Source: a candidate division WWE3 bacterium RAAC2_WWE3_1 (GTDB lineage: Bacteria; Patescibacteriota; WWE3; UBA101185; UBA10185). From it: a DNA stretch of 64,000 nucleotides. Where the stretch lies: NCBI GenBank assembly GCA_000503835.1, contig CP006914.1, forward strand, positions 721,680 through 785,679, read 5' to 3'. How positions within the stretch are numbered: the stretch's first letter is position 1; the number at the start of each line of letters is the position of its first letter. The notes under the pieces are model-generated. The model was given only the letters and a program-made list of their open reading frames with translations. It was not told the DNA's origin and ran no database searches. Shown in pieces: positions 37,867 to 47,970 of this stretch. Position numbers and translations under genes: made by a program.

Positions 37867-39265
37867 TCAATTAAAAGACATTCGTGAAACCTACGCTACG
37901 AAATTCGGTTTCAACATGCCCGAGGCTCCCTTTTCAAAAGCACAGATGGGTTTGTCGGAAGATGTGGTAAGAGAAATTTCAAAAAATAAAGGTGAACCCG
38001 AATGGATGCTGGAATACAGGCTTAAAGCTTACGAAGCATTTAAACAGAAACCCATGCCTTCGTGGGGTGCGGACCTTTCACACATTGATCTACAAAATAT
38101 TTATTACTACATTAAACCGACGGGTGCCGAAAAAAGAACCTGGGAGGATGTTCCGGAAAATATTAAAACAACATTTGATCGTCTGGGGGTGCCCCAGGCC
38201 GAAAGGGAGTACCTTTCCGGAGTAAAAGCCCAATACGATTCCGAGGTCGTGTACTCGTCATTAATGGACGAGCTTGAAGAAGAAGGTGTCATCTTTTTAT
38301 CAACAGACGAGGCCTTACGTAAACATCCCGAAATTTTTAAAGAATATTTCGGAAAAGTAATACCTTACGCCGATAACAAGTTCTCGGCATTGAACAGCGC
38401 AGTCTGGTCCGGAGGCTCCTTCGTTTATATCCCGAAAGGCGTTTCGGTTAAACGTCCTCTTCAGGCTTATTTCAGAATTAATGCTCAAAATATGGGGCAG
38501 TTCGAAAGAACGTTAATAATTGCCGAGGAGGGTAGTTTTGCTCATTACGTTGAGGGTTGCACAGCTCCGGTTTATTCGTCGGATTCACTCCACGCCGCAG
38601 TGGTGGAAGTTATAGTAAAGCCGGGCGCCCGGTTCAGATACACGACCATTCAGAATTGGTCGGACAATGTTTACAACCTCGTTACAAAAAGAGCCCGTGT
38701 TGAAAAAGACGCGGTTATGGAATGGGTTGACGGGAACCTCGGATCGAAAGTGACCATGAAATATCCGTCGTGCTATTTGATTGGCGAGGGTGCGAGAGGC
38801 GAGGTTTTGTCTATCGCCTATGCTTCCAAAGGTCAGCACCAGGACGCTGGTGCCAAAATGATCCACGCCGCGCCCAACACTTCCTCGAGCATAGTCTCTA
38901 AATCAGTAAGTCTTCGCGGAGGCCGTACCAGTTACCGCGGACTTGTTGATGTGGCGCTGTCGGCCCCGAACGCAAGAGCGCGTGTGGAATGTGACGCTTT
39001 GATCCTGGATTCAATTTCGGCGACGGACACATTTCCTACCATGAGAATTAACGAGAGTAGTGCAAATGTGGAACACGAAGCCACAGTAAGTAAGATCGGG
39101 GAAGAAAAACTGTTTTATTTAATGAGCAGAGGCCTGACCGAAAGTGAAGCGATGGGCTTGATAGTATCAGGATTTATTGAACCGATCGTCAGAGAACTTC
39201 CCATGGAATACGCAGTCGAATTGAACAGGTTAATAGAACTTGAAATGGAGGGAAGTGTCGGATAA
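37856..39265 (+). CDS. sufB: Fe-S cluster assembly scaffold SufB
   Basis: 469 aa with conserved SufB C-terminal core ([41 protein letters not shown]). Confidence 0.9.
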   Translation: MKNNQLKDIRETYATKFGFNMPEAPFSKAQMGLSEDVVREISKNKGEPEWMLEYRLKAYEAFKQKPMPSWGADLSHIDLQNIYYYIKPTGAEKRTWEDVPENIKTTFDRLGVPQAEREYLSGVKAQYDSEVVYSSLMDELEEEGVIFLSTDEALRKHPEIFKEYFGKVIPYADNKFSALNSAVWSGGSFVYIPKGVSVKRPLQAYFRINAQNMGQFERTLIIAEEGSFAHYVEGCTAPVYSSDSLHAAVVEVIVKPGARFRYTTIQNWSDNVYNLVTKRARVEKDAVMEWVDGNLGSKVTMKYPSCYLIGEGARGEVLSIAYASKGQHQDAGAKMIHAAPNTSSSIVSKSVSLRGGRTSYRGLVDVALSAPNARARVECDALILDSISATDTFPTMRINESSANVEHEATVSKIGEEKLFYLMSRGLTESEAMGLIVSGFIEPIVRELPMEYAVELNRLIELEMEGSVG

Positions 39266-39852
39266 TGAAAAGTTTATTATTGGAGCAAAATAAGAATATT
39301 TCGATATCTCCGGTCGAAGACACACAGTATGTTTATGTTCTGCCGGGTGTTTCTACGGAACCGACGAACCTTGAACTTAATTTTGAAAAAGAAGGAGTTA
39401 CCTGCGAAATCATAGTGTTGGGTAAAATGCACGAGGGACAGTCTGTGGAACTCACAACTATCTCACGTCATCTTGTTCCCAATACTTCCTGTGTCACGAA
39501 TTATTATGTGGCTTTAGAAGACGGTTCCTCGTCCAACTATGTAGGAAAAATAATCATCGCTAAGAAAGCCTTTCAAACAAATTCTTACCTGAATAATAAA
39601 ACTCTGGTTATCGGGGAGGGCACGAAAAACATAACCCGTCCCATACTTGAGATTGAGGCTGATGATGTAAAAGCGTCGCATGGCGCAACGACCGGAAGGG
39701 TCCGGGGAGACGACATTTATTACCTCACAAGCAGGGGACTTACAAAAAAAGAGGCCGAAGAGCTCGTAGTTGAAGGTTTTTTTGAAAGTATGGTGGAGAA
39801 AATTGAGACCGGGGATGTTAGAGAAAAAGCCCGGGCCGGGGTAAAATCATAA
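39265..39852 (+). CDS. sufD: SufD-like protein (short form)
   Basis: SufBD C-terminal motif DDVKASHGATTGRVRGDDIYYLTSRGLTKKEAEELVVEGF. 195 aa. Confidence 0.65.
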   Translation: MKSLLLEQNKNISISPVEDTQYVYVLPGVSTEPTNLELNFEKEGVTCEIIVLGKMHEGQSVELTTISRHLVPNTSCVTNYYVALEDGSSSNYVGKIIIAKKAFQTNSYLNNKTLVIGEGTKNITRPILEIEADDVKASHGATTGRVRGDDIYYLTSRGLTKKEAEELVVEGFFESMVEKIETGDVREKARAGVKS

Positions 39853-39856
39853 TATT

Positions 39857-41077
39857 ATGGACATAAAAAAGCTCAAAAAAGATTTTCCTATACTTTTTCG
39901 AAAAATAGGTTTAAACGACCTCGTATATTTAGATAATGCAGCTACAAGCCAAAAACCTGTGCAGGTTGTTGAAGCAGTAAAAGACTTTTATCTGGAACAT
40001 AATGCCAACGTCCACCGCGGTATCCACACTTTGAGTGAAGAAGCGTCCGGTATGTATGAAGACGCCCGTAAAAAAGTGGCCCGTTTTATTAATGCGATCT
40101 ATCCCGAGGAAATTATTTTTACCCACGGAGCGACCGAATCTCTAAACATGGCCGCGTTTTCATGGGGTGTTCCCAATTTGAAAAAGGGTGACAAGATTTT
40201 ACTGACCGGATTTGAACATCACAGCAATTTAATACCTTGGCAGATTGTTGCTAAGAACACAGGTGCGGAACTGAAGTTTGTTAAGACCGAATCGAACGGT
40301 ACCGTTGATATGTCCGAGTTTAAAAATGTTTTAACACCCGACGTTAGGTTGGTATGTGTTGCGCACGCCTCGAATGTTTTAGGAACGATTCTTGATGTCA
40401 GGGAAATATCTAAATTGGCACATGCCGTGGGAGCTCTGGTTTGTGTCGATGGGGCTCAGGCAGTACCTCACATTCCGGTAAATATTCAAAGCTTGGGCTG
40501 TGATTTTTACGCTTTTTCCGGGCATAAGATGTTGGCCCCTATGGGCATCGGTGTTTTGTACGTAAAAAAGAGTGTAATGGAGCAAATGGTTCCTTCTCAG
40601 TTCGGTGGCGGGATGATAAAGGAAGTTTCGCTTACTGAAGCAAGCTGGGCAGAGGCTCCCGAAAAATTCGAGGCCGGAACACCCGACGTAGGAGGTGCCA
40701 TAGGACTTGCCGCAGCGGTGGATTACCTCTTGGCCATCGGTATGGACAAGGTTAGGGAACACGAAATTGAATTAAACAGACATGCAATCGAAAAACTTAA
40801 CTCAATTGAGGGAATAAAGATAATAGGGCCTGTAGATCCCGAAAAAAGAACCGGTTTGGTTTCCTTTTATTCCGAAAAAGTTCACGCTCATGATATCGCG
40901 TCGGTGCTTAACAGTTCCGGAGTTGCCGTCAGGTCCGGCCATCATTGCGCGATGCCTTTACATAAAGAGATGGGATTGCCTGCCACAGTGAGGGCGTCTT
41001 ACTACATTTATAATGACCTTTCGGATATTGATAAGTTGGCAGAAGGTGTAGAAAAAGCTTTAAAGATGCTTTCTTAA
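39857..41077 (+). CDS. sufS: cysteine desulfurase SufS
   Basis: PLP-binding SGHK motif (FSGHKMLAPMGIGVLY), catalytic Cys region (RSGHHCAMPL). 406 aa. Confidence 0.9.
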   Translation: MDIKKLKKDFPILFRKIGLNDLVYLDNAATSQKPVQVVEAVKDFYLEHNANVHRGIHTLSEEASGMYEDARKKVARFINAIYPEEIIFTHGATESLNMAAFSWGVPNLKKGDKILLTGFEHHSNLIPWQIVAKNTGAELKFVKTESNGTVDMSEFKNVLTPDVRLVCVAHASNVLGTILDVREISKLAHAVGALVCVDGAQAVPHIPVNIQSLGCDFYAFSGHKMLAPMGIGVLYVKKSVMEQMVPSQFGGGMIKEVSLTEASWAEAPEKFEAGTPDVGGAIGLAAAVDYLLAIGMDKVREHEIELNRHAIEKLNSIEGIKIIGPVDPEKRTGLVSFYSEKVHAHDIASVLNSSGVAVRSGHHCAMPLHKEMGLPATVRASYYIYNDLSDIDKLAEGVEKALKMLS

Positions 41078-41079
41078 AT

Positions 41080-41454
41080 ATGGACAATATATATCAGGAA
41101 GAACTTATGGATATTTATAAAAATCCCGCAAAACGGGGCCTTCTCGACGGTGCCGACGTTTCAATCTCCCAATCAAATCCGATGTGCGGAGACGACGTCA
41201 GTGTGCAATTGAAAATTGAAAACGGAATTGTCAAAGATGCCCGGTTCCACGGAAACGCATGTATGGTGAGCATAGTTTCCAGTGAAATTTTACTGGACTA
41301 CTTGGTCGGCAAAACACTGGACGAAGTTAAAGTCGTTACAAAAGAAAAATTTCTTGAAATGCTGAATCTGAATTTGTCGACAAGCCGTATCGGGTGTGCA
41401 ACCCTTGCTTTGGGAGCAGTGCAGAAGGCGGTAAACGAATATGAAAAAAAATGA
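41080..41454 (+). CDS. sufU: SufU/IscU-like sulfur-transfer scaffold protein
   Basis: NPMCGDD, HGNACMVS, and IGCATLAL. Three conserved Cys of NifU-like proteins. Confidence 0.7.
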   Translation: MDNIYQEELMDIYKNPAKRGLLDGADVSISQSNPMCGDDVSVQLKIENGIVKDARFHGNACMVSIVSSEILLDYLVGKTLDEVKVVTKEKFLEMLNLNLSTSRIGCATLALGAVQKAVNEYEKK

Positions 41455-41491
41455 TGAGACAAAAGAAATAAAAATAACAAAGGAGTTTAAT

Positions 41492-41680
41492 ATGGGCGAA
41501 CTCGTCTATAAATATCCCGATGCCGAAGAAGTTTTGCTGGATTACGGATTGCATTGTGCGGGGTGTTTTGCGAATTCGTTTGATTCGGTAGAAGCCGGGG
41601 CGAAGGCTCACGGTATGACCGATCCCGAGATAGATGAAATGCTCGAAAGAGTGAACGAGGTATTAAATTTCCACGAGTAG
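41492..41680 (+). CDS. DUF1858-like small redox protein
   Basis: LHCAGC motif. Start set at ATG 41492, which has an AAGGAG RBS; the longer ORF from 41441 overlaps sufU. Confidence 0.4.
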   Translation: MGELVYKYPDAEEVLLDYGLHCAGCFANSFDSVEAGAKAHGMTDPEIDEMLERVNEVLNFHE

Positions 41681-41694
41681 GGGAGGTATTTAAA

Positions 41695-41925
41695 ATGAAG
41701 ATCTCGAAAGTAGCTGTCGATCGGAATGTCTGCATAGGTTCGGCGACCTGCGTAGTAATTTCACCCGACGCTTTTGAACTGGATTCCGAAGGAATTTCCA
41801 CAGTAAAGAAAGACGCGTTAAAAGTTGACGAGGAGACGTTGCTTAAAGCCGCAAAATCGTGCCCTGTCCAAGCCATAAGTATTTTTGATGAGGACGGGAA
41901 CAGGATTTTTCCGGTTTCCAGGTGA
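41695..41925 (+). CDS. small ferredoxin
   Basis: CIGSATC ... CPVQAI cysteine pattern of single-cluster Fe-S ferredoxins. 76 aa. Confidence 0.6.
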   Translation: MKISKVAVDRNVCIGSATCVVISPDAFELDSEGISTVKKDALKVDEETLLKAAKSCPVQAISIFDEDGNRIFPVSR

Positions 41926-41940
41926 TGTTAAAATACCCGT

Positions 41941-42282
41941 ATGAACTATCAAATTACTTCCGATAATATGACCGTGTCTCCCAGCATGGATTCGTTAGCA
42001 AAAACTAAATTTGAAAGAGTATCGAAGAGATTTGATAACGTGGGGGAGGACGCAAAATTTGCCCGCATTGTTTTGAACACAGCACCTAATGAAATGTTCC
42101 ACGTCAAAGCTAATATTACGATTGCGGGAAAAGAGTATTTTTCCGACGATACCGACTATAACCTGGAGACAGCGATGATAAACACCGTCGAGGAGATTCT
42201 CCAGATGATAGAAAAAGATAAAGACGTTCAGGACAAAACTGCGCTAAAAGAGGAAATTGACTTGATAGACGAAATAGAATAA
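41941..42282 (+). CDS. hpf: ribosome hibernation promoting factor (HPF/RaiA family)
   Basis: 113 aa. N-terminal MNYQITSDNMTVSPSMDSLAKTKFERVSKRF matches the sigma-54-modulation/HPF family. Confidence 0.6.
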   Translation: MNYQITSDNMTVSPSMDSLAKTKFERVSKRFDNVGEDAKFARIVLNTAPNEMFHVKANITIAGKEYFSDDTDYNLETAMINTVEEILQMIEKDKDVQDKTALKEEIDLIDEIE

Positions 42283-42337
42283 CCTACACGTTGGAAGTTC
42301 AGCTTATTGTGACCTTGTCGGAGCTGCCGTACTTTAG

Positions 42338-42372
42338 GGGTGATTAGCTCAATTGGCAGAGCTCTCGTCTTA
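42338..42372 (+). pseudogene. partial tRNA: 35-nt duplicate of the 5' part (acceptor, D-arm, start of anticodon stem) of the downstream tRNA-Ile
   Basis: GGGTGATTAGCTCAATTGGCAGAGCTCTCGTCTTA is identical to 42461..42495, then diverges. No T-arm follows. Confidence 0.5.
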
Positions 42373-42460
42373 CGTTTGACGCTATAGTGAGCATCGCGAG
42401 CTATGGCTCAAAGGAAAGTCCTCGTGAACTTTGGTAATTTTGAAAAACCTGGTCTTGTGG

Positions 42461-42536
42461 GGGTGATTAGCTCAATTGGCAGAGCTCTCGTCTTATACAC
42501 GAGCGGTTCCTGGTTCGATCCCAGGATCACCCACCA
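42461..42536 (+). tRNA. tRNA-Ile(UAU)
   Basis: Acceptor GGGTGAT/ATCACCC, D-arm GCTC-AATTGGCA-GAGC, anticodon stem CTCGT/ACGAG with loop CTTATAC (TAT), T-arm CCTGG-TTCGATC-CCAGG, A plus CCA. Confidence 0.7.
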
Positions 42537-42590
42537 GAAACATTAAATCCCACCGCACAGCTGGATGTTTTTATAGAAAATTATTTCAGT

Positions 42591-43466
42591 TTAAAGAGTA
42601 TCCAGTTCGGTCTTTTCCTGTTCACCGGTTCTGTCTATGTACTGAAGATACCTTTCGGTTGTGGAAATTCTTTTGTGTCCTGCAATTTTAGACAAGTAGA
42701 TTATGCTAACTCCGCTTGCTAAATGATGGGCTACAAAAGTGTGTCTTAGATCGTTGACCTTGGCTTTTTCCACACCGGCAAGTTTAAAGAATCTATCTAT
42801 GGTAGACCTTATATTTCTTATCAATAGGGGGTTGCCGGTTTTTGTGATGAACAGATAGCCGGAGCTTTTAACGATAGATCTTTCTTCACTCATGTATTTA
42901 TTTACCGCATCTATAACAGCCTTGTTCAAAGGAATGGTTCTCGCTTCTTTATTATTTTTCTTGGCAACAAAAAGATTTCCGTTAGATCCGGAAATAGTTA
43001 AATTCTCTGTTTTTATTTCTGCAAGTTCGGAAATGGTCACACCTGTCTGTAAAAGCATTTCGATCATTGCGTAAGTTCTAAGGTCATTTCTCGTCGCGTC
43101 TCTTAAAGCCCTGTACTCCATTTTGGTTAGGATTCTCGGAGCCTTGGTTTCGAGTTTAGGGTGTTTTAATCCAAGGGAAACATTTTCCGCAATTTCTCCC
43201 TCAGCGTGGAGGTATTTAATAAATGTTCTGGTGGCGTTGGTCTTTCTGGAGACAGATTTTAAAGTGTAGTCAGCATTAGCCAGTTTCTTCATAAAATCCT
43301 CTAAATGACCGAGCTTTATCTCGCTAACCAGGTTTACGCCCATACCGGATAGATGGGACAATAGTTGCTCAACGTCCTTGCTATAAGCTACAACGGTAGC
43401 TCCGGACTTGCCTTCGCTCTTAAGTTTTTCTACAAAGTTTTTATGCGCAGCTTCAAGATTCAGCAT
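42591..43466 (-). CDS. tyrosine site-specific recombinase (XerC/XerD-like)
   Basis: C-terminal catalytic region LRHTFVAHHLASGVSIIYLSKIAGHKRISTTERYLQ (R..H..R..Y). N-terminal SAM-like core-binding domain. 291 aa. Confidence 0.8.
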   Translation of the reverse strand: MLNLEAAHKNFVEKLKSEGKSGATVVAYSKDVEQLLSHLSGMGVNLVSEIKLGHLEDFMKKLANADYTLKSVSRKTNATRTFIKYLHAEGEIAENVSLGLKHPKLETKAPRILTKMEYRALRDATRNDLRTYAMIEMLLQTGVTISELAEIKTENLTISGSNGNLFVAKKNNKEARTIPLNKAVIDAVNKYMSEERSIVKSSGYLFITKTGNPLLIRNIRSTIDRFFKLAGVEKAKVNDLRHTFVAHHLASGVSIIYLSKIAGHKRISTTERYLQYIDRTGEQEKTELDTL

Positions 43467-43597
43467 AGTTTTTAATTATTTAAGCAGTTTTAAAAGGGAT
43501 TCCGAAACCAAATAAAAATCCTGTCATAGGTGAAATCCTATGGGCTATATTAGCACTTGCCTTGCCAAGTGTCAATTAATTAACTATCATCGCATTA

Positions 43598-43975
43598 ATG
43601 TTAAAAAGAGGCACTCGCGGACGGGTACTAATTTCCCTGGTTTTGCTTGTCATATCGGCCAATTTTATAAAATCCACGGTGGATGTGCTGAACAGTCGGA
43701 AAAGGCTTGAGGACGCCCTGGAAAAGGAAGAAAGCCTCACTTTTGAGAGAGACTCGCTTAAAAAACGGATAGAGTACAAAAAAACCGGAGAATACATAGA
43801 GGAAAGCGCCCGCAACGAGCTGAACATGGTAAAACCGGGCGAAAAAGTGTATGTAATGGATGAGGTGGTTCCGGCACCCGGAGAGGTTGCTGGGGCTTCT
43901 GAGATGAGGAAACTGACCCCGGCCAGTGACAGCGAGGATCCGAACTGGTATCTTTGGTACAAGCTGTTTTTTTGA
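43598..43975 (+). CDS. septum formation initiator (FtsB/DivIC-like)
   Basis: N-terminal TM helix followed by a coiled-coil (RKRLEDALEKEESLTFERDSLKKRIEYKKT). 125 aa. TTGCCA-17-TATCAT promoter upstream. Confidence 0.45.
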   Translation: MLKRGTRGRVLISLVLLVISANFIKSTVDVLNSRKRLEDALEKEESLTFERDSLKKRIEYKKTGEYIEESARNELNMVKPGEKVYVMDEVVPAPGEVAGASEMRKLTPASDSEDPNWYLWYKLFF

Positions 43976-44003
43976 CAATAAGAGGCTTATCTGTTAGATT
44001 TTT

Positions 44004-44077
44004 ACCGTAATAACGCGGGGTGGAGGAATGGCACCTCACCGGGCTCATAATCCGGGGGTCCTGGTTCGAGTCCAGGC
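44004..44077 (+). tRNA. initiator tRNA-fMet(CAU)
   Basis: C1-A72 mismatch (CGCGGGG / CCCCGCA), anticodon stem CCGGG/TCCGG with loop CTCATAA, T-arm CCTGG-TTCGAGT-CCAGG, A plus CCA. Confidence 0.75.
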
Positions 44078-44134
44078 CCCGCAACCAATTATTCCCACTT
44101 TCTATTGATATCTGTATAATCTCTTCTGAGGCAG

Positions 44135-44211
44135 GCCAACATAGCTCAGTCGGTAAGAGCGGTCGTTTCATAAGCGACAGGTCCCAGGTTCGATCCCTGG
44201 TGTTGGCACCA
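44135..44211 (+). tRNA. tRNA-Met(CAU) elongator, or tRNA-Ile2 (lysidine); not distinguishable from sequence
   Basis: Acceptor GCCAACA/TGTTGGC, D-arm GCTC-AGTCGGTA-GAGC, anticodon loop TTCATAA, T-arm CCAGG-TTCGATC-CCTGG, A plus CCA. Confidence 0.75.
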
Positions 44212-44293
44212 TATAACTCAAATCGTCCCCTCCCTAAAGAAAAAGCGCCTTTTTTATGTTAAATTTATCCTAGAAATTATTACGTTAAACACC

Positions 44294-45295
44294 ATGAGAA
44301 AAAGGATACTGACAGGAGACAATACAACAGGACGACTTCACTTGGGCCATTACGTGGGCTCTCTGGAGAATAGGGTTAAACTTCAAAACGATTACGATAC
44401 GTTTATAATTCTCGCCGATGTCCATTCACTGGCTTACCCCAAATATATAGGCGAACCGAATTTAATTGCCGATTCTATACTTCAGGTGGCTATGGACAAT
44501 CTTTCCGTGGGCCTTGATCCTGCAAAGGTGACAATATTTGCCGAGTCGACCGTTCCGGAAATATACGAACTGGCTTTATTACTCTCGATGTTGGTGCCCT
44601 ACTCTAGAGTTCTCAGAAACCCCACAATTAAGGACGAGATAAAAGAAAAAGAATTGGGGGACAACTATTCTTTAGGTTTTTTGAATTTTCCGGTAATGAT
44701 GGCCGCGGATATTTTGTCGGTAAATGCCGATCTTGTGCCGGTCGGAGAAGATCAGAGCCCGCATTTGGAACTTACCCGCGAGCTGGCGCGTAAGTTCAAT
44801 ACTACCTACGGGGATGTGTTTAAGGAACCTGAAGGCATGGTAGGAAGGGTCGCCCGACTTGTCGGTCTCGATGGAGGGGTGAAGATGACAAAAAGCTTGG
44901 GTAACGCAATATTTCTAAGTGATGACGCCGAAACTGTTCGCAAAAAAGTGATGAAAATGTACACCGACCCAAATCGTCTGCACCCGTCCGATCCGGGCAA
45001 AGTGGATGGAAACCCGGTTTTTATCTATCACGATGCATTTAATGAGGATAAAGAAGAGGTAGCCGACCTGAAAAAGAGGTACGTTACCGGAAAGGTCGGG
45101 GACGTTGAGGTGAAGGAAAAACTCATCGGTGCTCTGGAAAGGTTGTTAGAACCTATCAGACAGAGAAGGTCTGAGTACGAAAGCGATACGGACGCTGTCC
45201 GCGGCATCCTAATAGAGGGTGCAAAAAGGACCAGAACAGAGGCTTCGGCGACACTGGATTTGGTCAGAGAAAAGATGAAGCTACCCCGCTTTTAA
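44294..45295 (+). CDS. trpS: tryptophan--tRNA ligase
   Basis: Class I HIGH-type motif TGRLHLGHY and KMTKS motif. 333 aa. Confidence 0.9.
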   Translation: MRKRILTGDNTTGRLHLGHYVGSLENRVKLQNDYDTFIILADVHSLAYPKYIGEPNLIADSILQVAMDNLSVGLDPAKVTIFAESTVPEIYELALLLSMLVPYSRVLRNPTIKDEIKEKELGDNYSLGFLNFPVMMAADILSVNADLVPVGEDQSPHLELTRELARKFNTTYGDVFKEPEGMVGRVARLVGLDGGVKMTKSLGNAIFLSDDAETVRKKVMKMYTDPNRLHPSDPGKVDGNPVFIYHDAFNEDKEEVADLKKRYVTGKVGDVEVKEKLIGALERLLEPIRQRRSEYESDTDAVRGILIEGAKRTRTEASATLDLVREKMKLPRF

Positions 45296-45313
45296 TGTAT
45301 AATTCACACGCTT

Positions 45314-47185
45314 ATGGCGAATAAGAACGGCTCAAACAAGAATGGCAAAAAGGCCAAAAAACAGAATATTTCCATTCCTTTTATAGGTGATATAAATCCC
45401 AAGAACCCGTGGGGAAATATCTTTTTCTACATATTTCTGATCTTCCTTTTCTTTATGATATTCGGCGGGTCGGGCGGTCTGTCTCCAAAACCGGAGCAGG
45501 TAGGCGTTAACGAACTGGTAAAACTTATTAAAGACGAAAGAGTACAGGACGTTGTTGTGGCCGGGGATAAGCTGGAAGTTCAGCTCAAGGACGGTACAAA
45601 ACTTTTGGTAGAAAAAGAAAGCTCGATCAGTTTCGACCAGATCTTAACAAATAACGAAGTTGACAGGTCTAAAATAGCCGGTGATGTAAAAGTAGAACGT
45701 CGCATCAGTTTCGAGCAGATACTTACGCCCGTATTAATGTTCGCATTTCCGTTGATAATTCTTTTTTTCATTTTCAGGCAAATGAGAAGTGCGAACAGCG
45801 ATATCACATCTTTCGGAAAAAGCCGCGCCCGTTTGTTTAAAAAAGGGCAAACCCAGATTACTTTTAACGATGTTGCCGGCAACGAAGAAGCGAAAACCGA
45901 GATGATGGAGATAGTGGACTTTTTGAAGAACCCCGAAAAATACAGGAAACTTGGAGCAAGAATACCAAAAGGAATTTTACTGGTAGGACCGTCGGGCGTA
46001 GGAAAAACATTATTGGCTAAAGCTATTGCGGGCGAAGCTAACGTTCCTTTTTATTCTGTAGCAGGAAGCGAATTCATGGAAATGCTGGTAGGAGTGGGGT
46101 CTTCCAGAGTAAGAGATCTTTTCGATGTGGCCAGGAGCAATCAGCCCAGCCTTATTTTTGTTGACGAGATAGACGCCATCGGAAGACAAAGGGGCATGGG
46201 TATCGGTGGGGGGCATGACGAAAGAGAACAGACCCTTAATCAAATACTCATTGAAATGGACGGGTTTGACGCCCGTACCGACGTTATTGTTCTGGCAGCC
46301 ACCAACAGGCCGGACATGCTCGATCCCGCGCTAATAAGACCGGGAAGATTCGACAGGACCATAACAGTCATGTTGCCTGATTTGAAAGACCGCGAGGCCA
46401 TAATAAAAATTCACATGAGAGAAAAACCTGTTGCAGAAGATGTGAAGGTAGAGCAGATAGCAAGAAAAACCGTAGGTTTCAGCGGGGCCGATATCGAGAA
46501 TATGATGAACGAAGCGGCGATACTTGCCGCCCGCGTGGGAAAAACAAAAATAGAGCAGGTGGATATTGAAGAAGCCGCGCTGAAAGTAACTTTGGGATCC
46601 GAAAGAAAAACTTTACAGACCGAGGAAGAAAGAAAAATGACGGCATATCACGAAGCGGGACACGCTTTAGTTTCAGCCTTTGTGAAAGATATGGATCCTG
46701 TTTACAGAGTATCTATAATCGCTCGGGGTGCTTCACTGGGTCACACAAGCTTTCCTCCGGAAAGAGACCGTTACAACGAAACTAAGACACGCTTGTCCTC
46801 CATAATTTCAACTATGCTTGGGGGGCGGGCAGCCGAAGAAATAGTTTTCGGCGAGCTTACGGTGGGCGCATCCGATGATATAGGTAAAGCCACGGGTATT
46901 GCAAGAAAGATGGTAGCCGAATGGGGAATGAGTTCCCTGGGACCCGTTTCGTACGATATAGGCGGCGGTCAGTTTTGGCTTGCCCGCGGGATAGAAGAAG
47001 GAAACAAAGTAAGTGAAGCCATGGCGGCCAAAATCGATACCGAAGTGGAGGAACTGGTTCATAAAGCTTACATCCACGCTAAGGAAATAATAGAAGCCAA
47101 TAGAGATAAACTGGACAGAGTAGCCGCGAAACTCCTTGAAAAAGAAACGATAGATGGTGAAGAGTTCAGAGCCCTGGTGGCTTAA
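45314..47185 (+). CDS. ftsH: ATP-dependent zinc metalloprotease FtsH
   Basis: N-terminal TM, AAA Walker A GPSGVGKT, Walker [13 protein letters not shown], zinc-binding HEAGHA. 623 aa. Confidence 0.92.
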   Translation: MANKNGSNKNGKKAKKQNISIPFIGDINPKNPWGNIFFYIFLIFLFFMIFGGSGGLSPKPEQVGVNELVKLIKDERVQDVVVAGDKLEVQLKDGTKLLVEKESSISFDQILTNNEVDRSKIAGDVKVERRISFEQILTPVLMFAFPLIILFFIFRQMRSANSDITSFGKSRARLFKKGQTQITFNDVAGNEEAKTEMMEIVDFLKNPEKYRKLGARIPKGILLVGPSGVGKTLLAKAIAGEANVPFYSVAGSEFMEMLVGVGSSRVRDLFDVARSNQPSLIFVDEIDAIGRQRGMGIGGGHDEREQTLNQILIEMDGFDARTDVIVLAATNRPDMLDPALIRPGRFDRTITVMLPDLKDREAIIKIHMREKPVAEDVKVEQIARKTVGFSGADIENMMNEAAILAARVGKTKIEQVDIEEAALKVTLGSERKTLQTEEERKMTAYHEAGHALVSAFVKDMDPVYRVSIIARGASLGHTSFPPERDRYNETKTRLSSIISTMLGGRAAEEIVFGELTVGASDDIGKATGIARKMVAEWGMSSLGPVSYDIGGGQFWLARGIEEGNKVSEAMAAKIDTEVEELVHKAYIHAKEIIEANRDKLDRVAAKLLEKETIDGEEFRALVA

Positions 47186-47187
47186 AT

Positions 47188-47970
47188 ATGTTAGTAGACT
47201 CCCATTGCCATCTAAAAGATTCCCGTTACGGTAAATCCCCTCTTGAAGTGGCCGAAGATAGCAAAAAAGAAGGAGTCTCCCTTTTTATAAACATAGCAAC
47301 ATCCCTTGAAGATAGTTTTGACTCTTCTAAGATATGCGGCGAGATCCCTTATGTATACGGGACGGTCGGAATATATCCCCATAGCGATGTCGGTAAAGAA
47401 AACGGCGGAATGATGACAGCTCTCGAAAAAATGATTGACGCTAATCCGAAGATCGTAGGTATAGGTGAGTGCGGGATAGATGTACCGGAAAATCGACCTC
47501 AAAGGAGTGTTAAAGACCAGAGCCGGCTTTTTGATGAGCATATAAAGCTAAGCATTAAAAAGAAACTTCCTCTGATAATTCATAATAGGAATGCCGATGC
47601 CACTGTTTTAGAAATGCTTTCTCATTATGAAAACTCGGGATTAAAGGCAGTTGCCCATAGTTTCTCTTCAAATTGGGCCACGGCCAAAAAACTTTTAGAC
47701 TTGGGAATATACTTATCTTTTTCAGGAATGATAACCTATCCGTCCCGCAACGATTTGCGGGAAGTTGTTTCTAAGGTACCTGATGATATGTTTTTACTTG
47801 AAACCGACTCGCCGTGGCTTCCGCCTCAGGGACACCGGGGAGAATTAAATTATCCCAAATATGTTAAAATTGTTGCTGAAAAAGTCTCACAGGTAAAGGA
47901 AAAACCCTACCTGACCGTAGCCTCTCTTTCAACAGCCAACGCCCGCAGACTTTTCAACATCAGCCTATGA
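47188..47970 (+). CDS. tatD: TatD-family metal-dependent hydrolase (DNase)
   Basis: N-terminal VDSHCHL motif. 260 aa. Confidence 0.8.
   Translation: MLVDSHCHLKDSRYGKSPLEVAEDSKKEGVSLFINIATSLEDSFDSSKICGEIPYVYGTVGIYPHSDVGKENGGMMTALEKMIDANPKIVGIGECGIDVPENRPQRSVKDQSRLFDEHIKLSIKKKLPLIIHNRNADATVLEMLSHYENSGLKAVAHSFSSNWATAKKLLDLGIYLSFSGMITYPSRNDLREVVSKVPDDMFLLETDSPWLPPQGHRGELNYPKYVKIVAEKVSQVKEKPYLTVASLSTANARRLFNISL

Noticed and set aside
42476-42691. 71-aa ORF overlapping tRNA-Ile
   Set aside because: It starts inside the tRNA gene and runs into the 3' end of the recombinase gene on the other strand. It is spurious.
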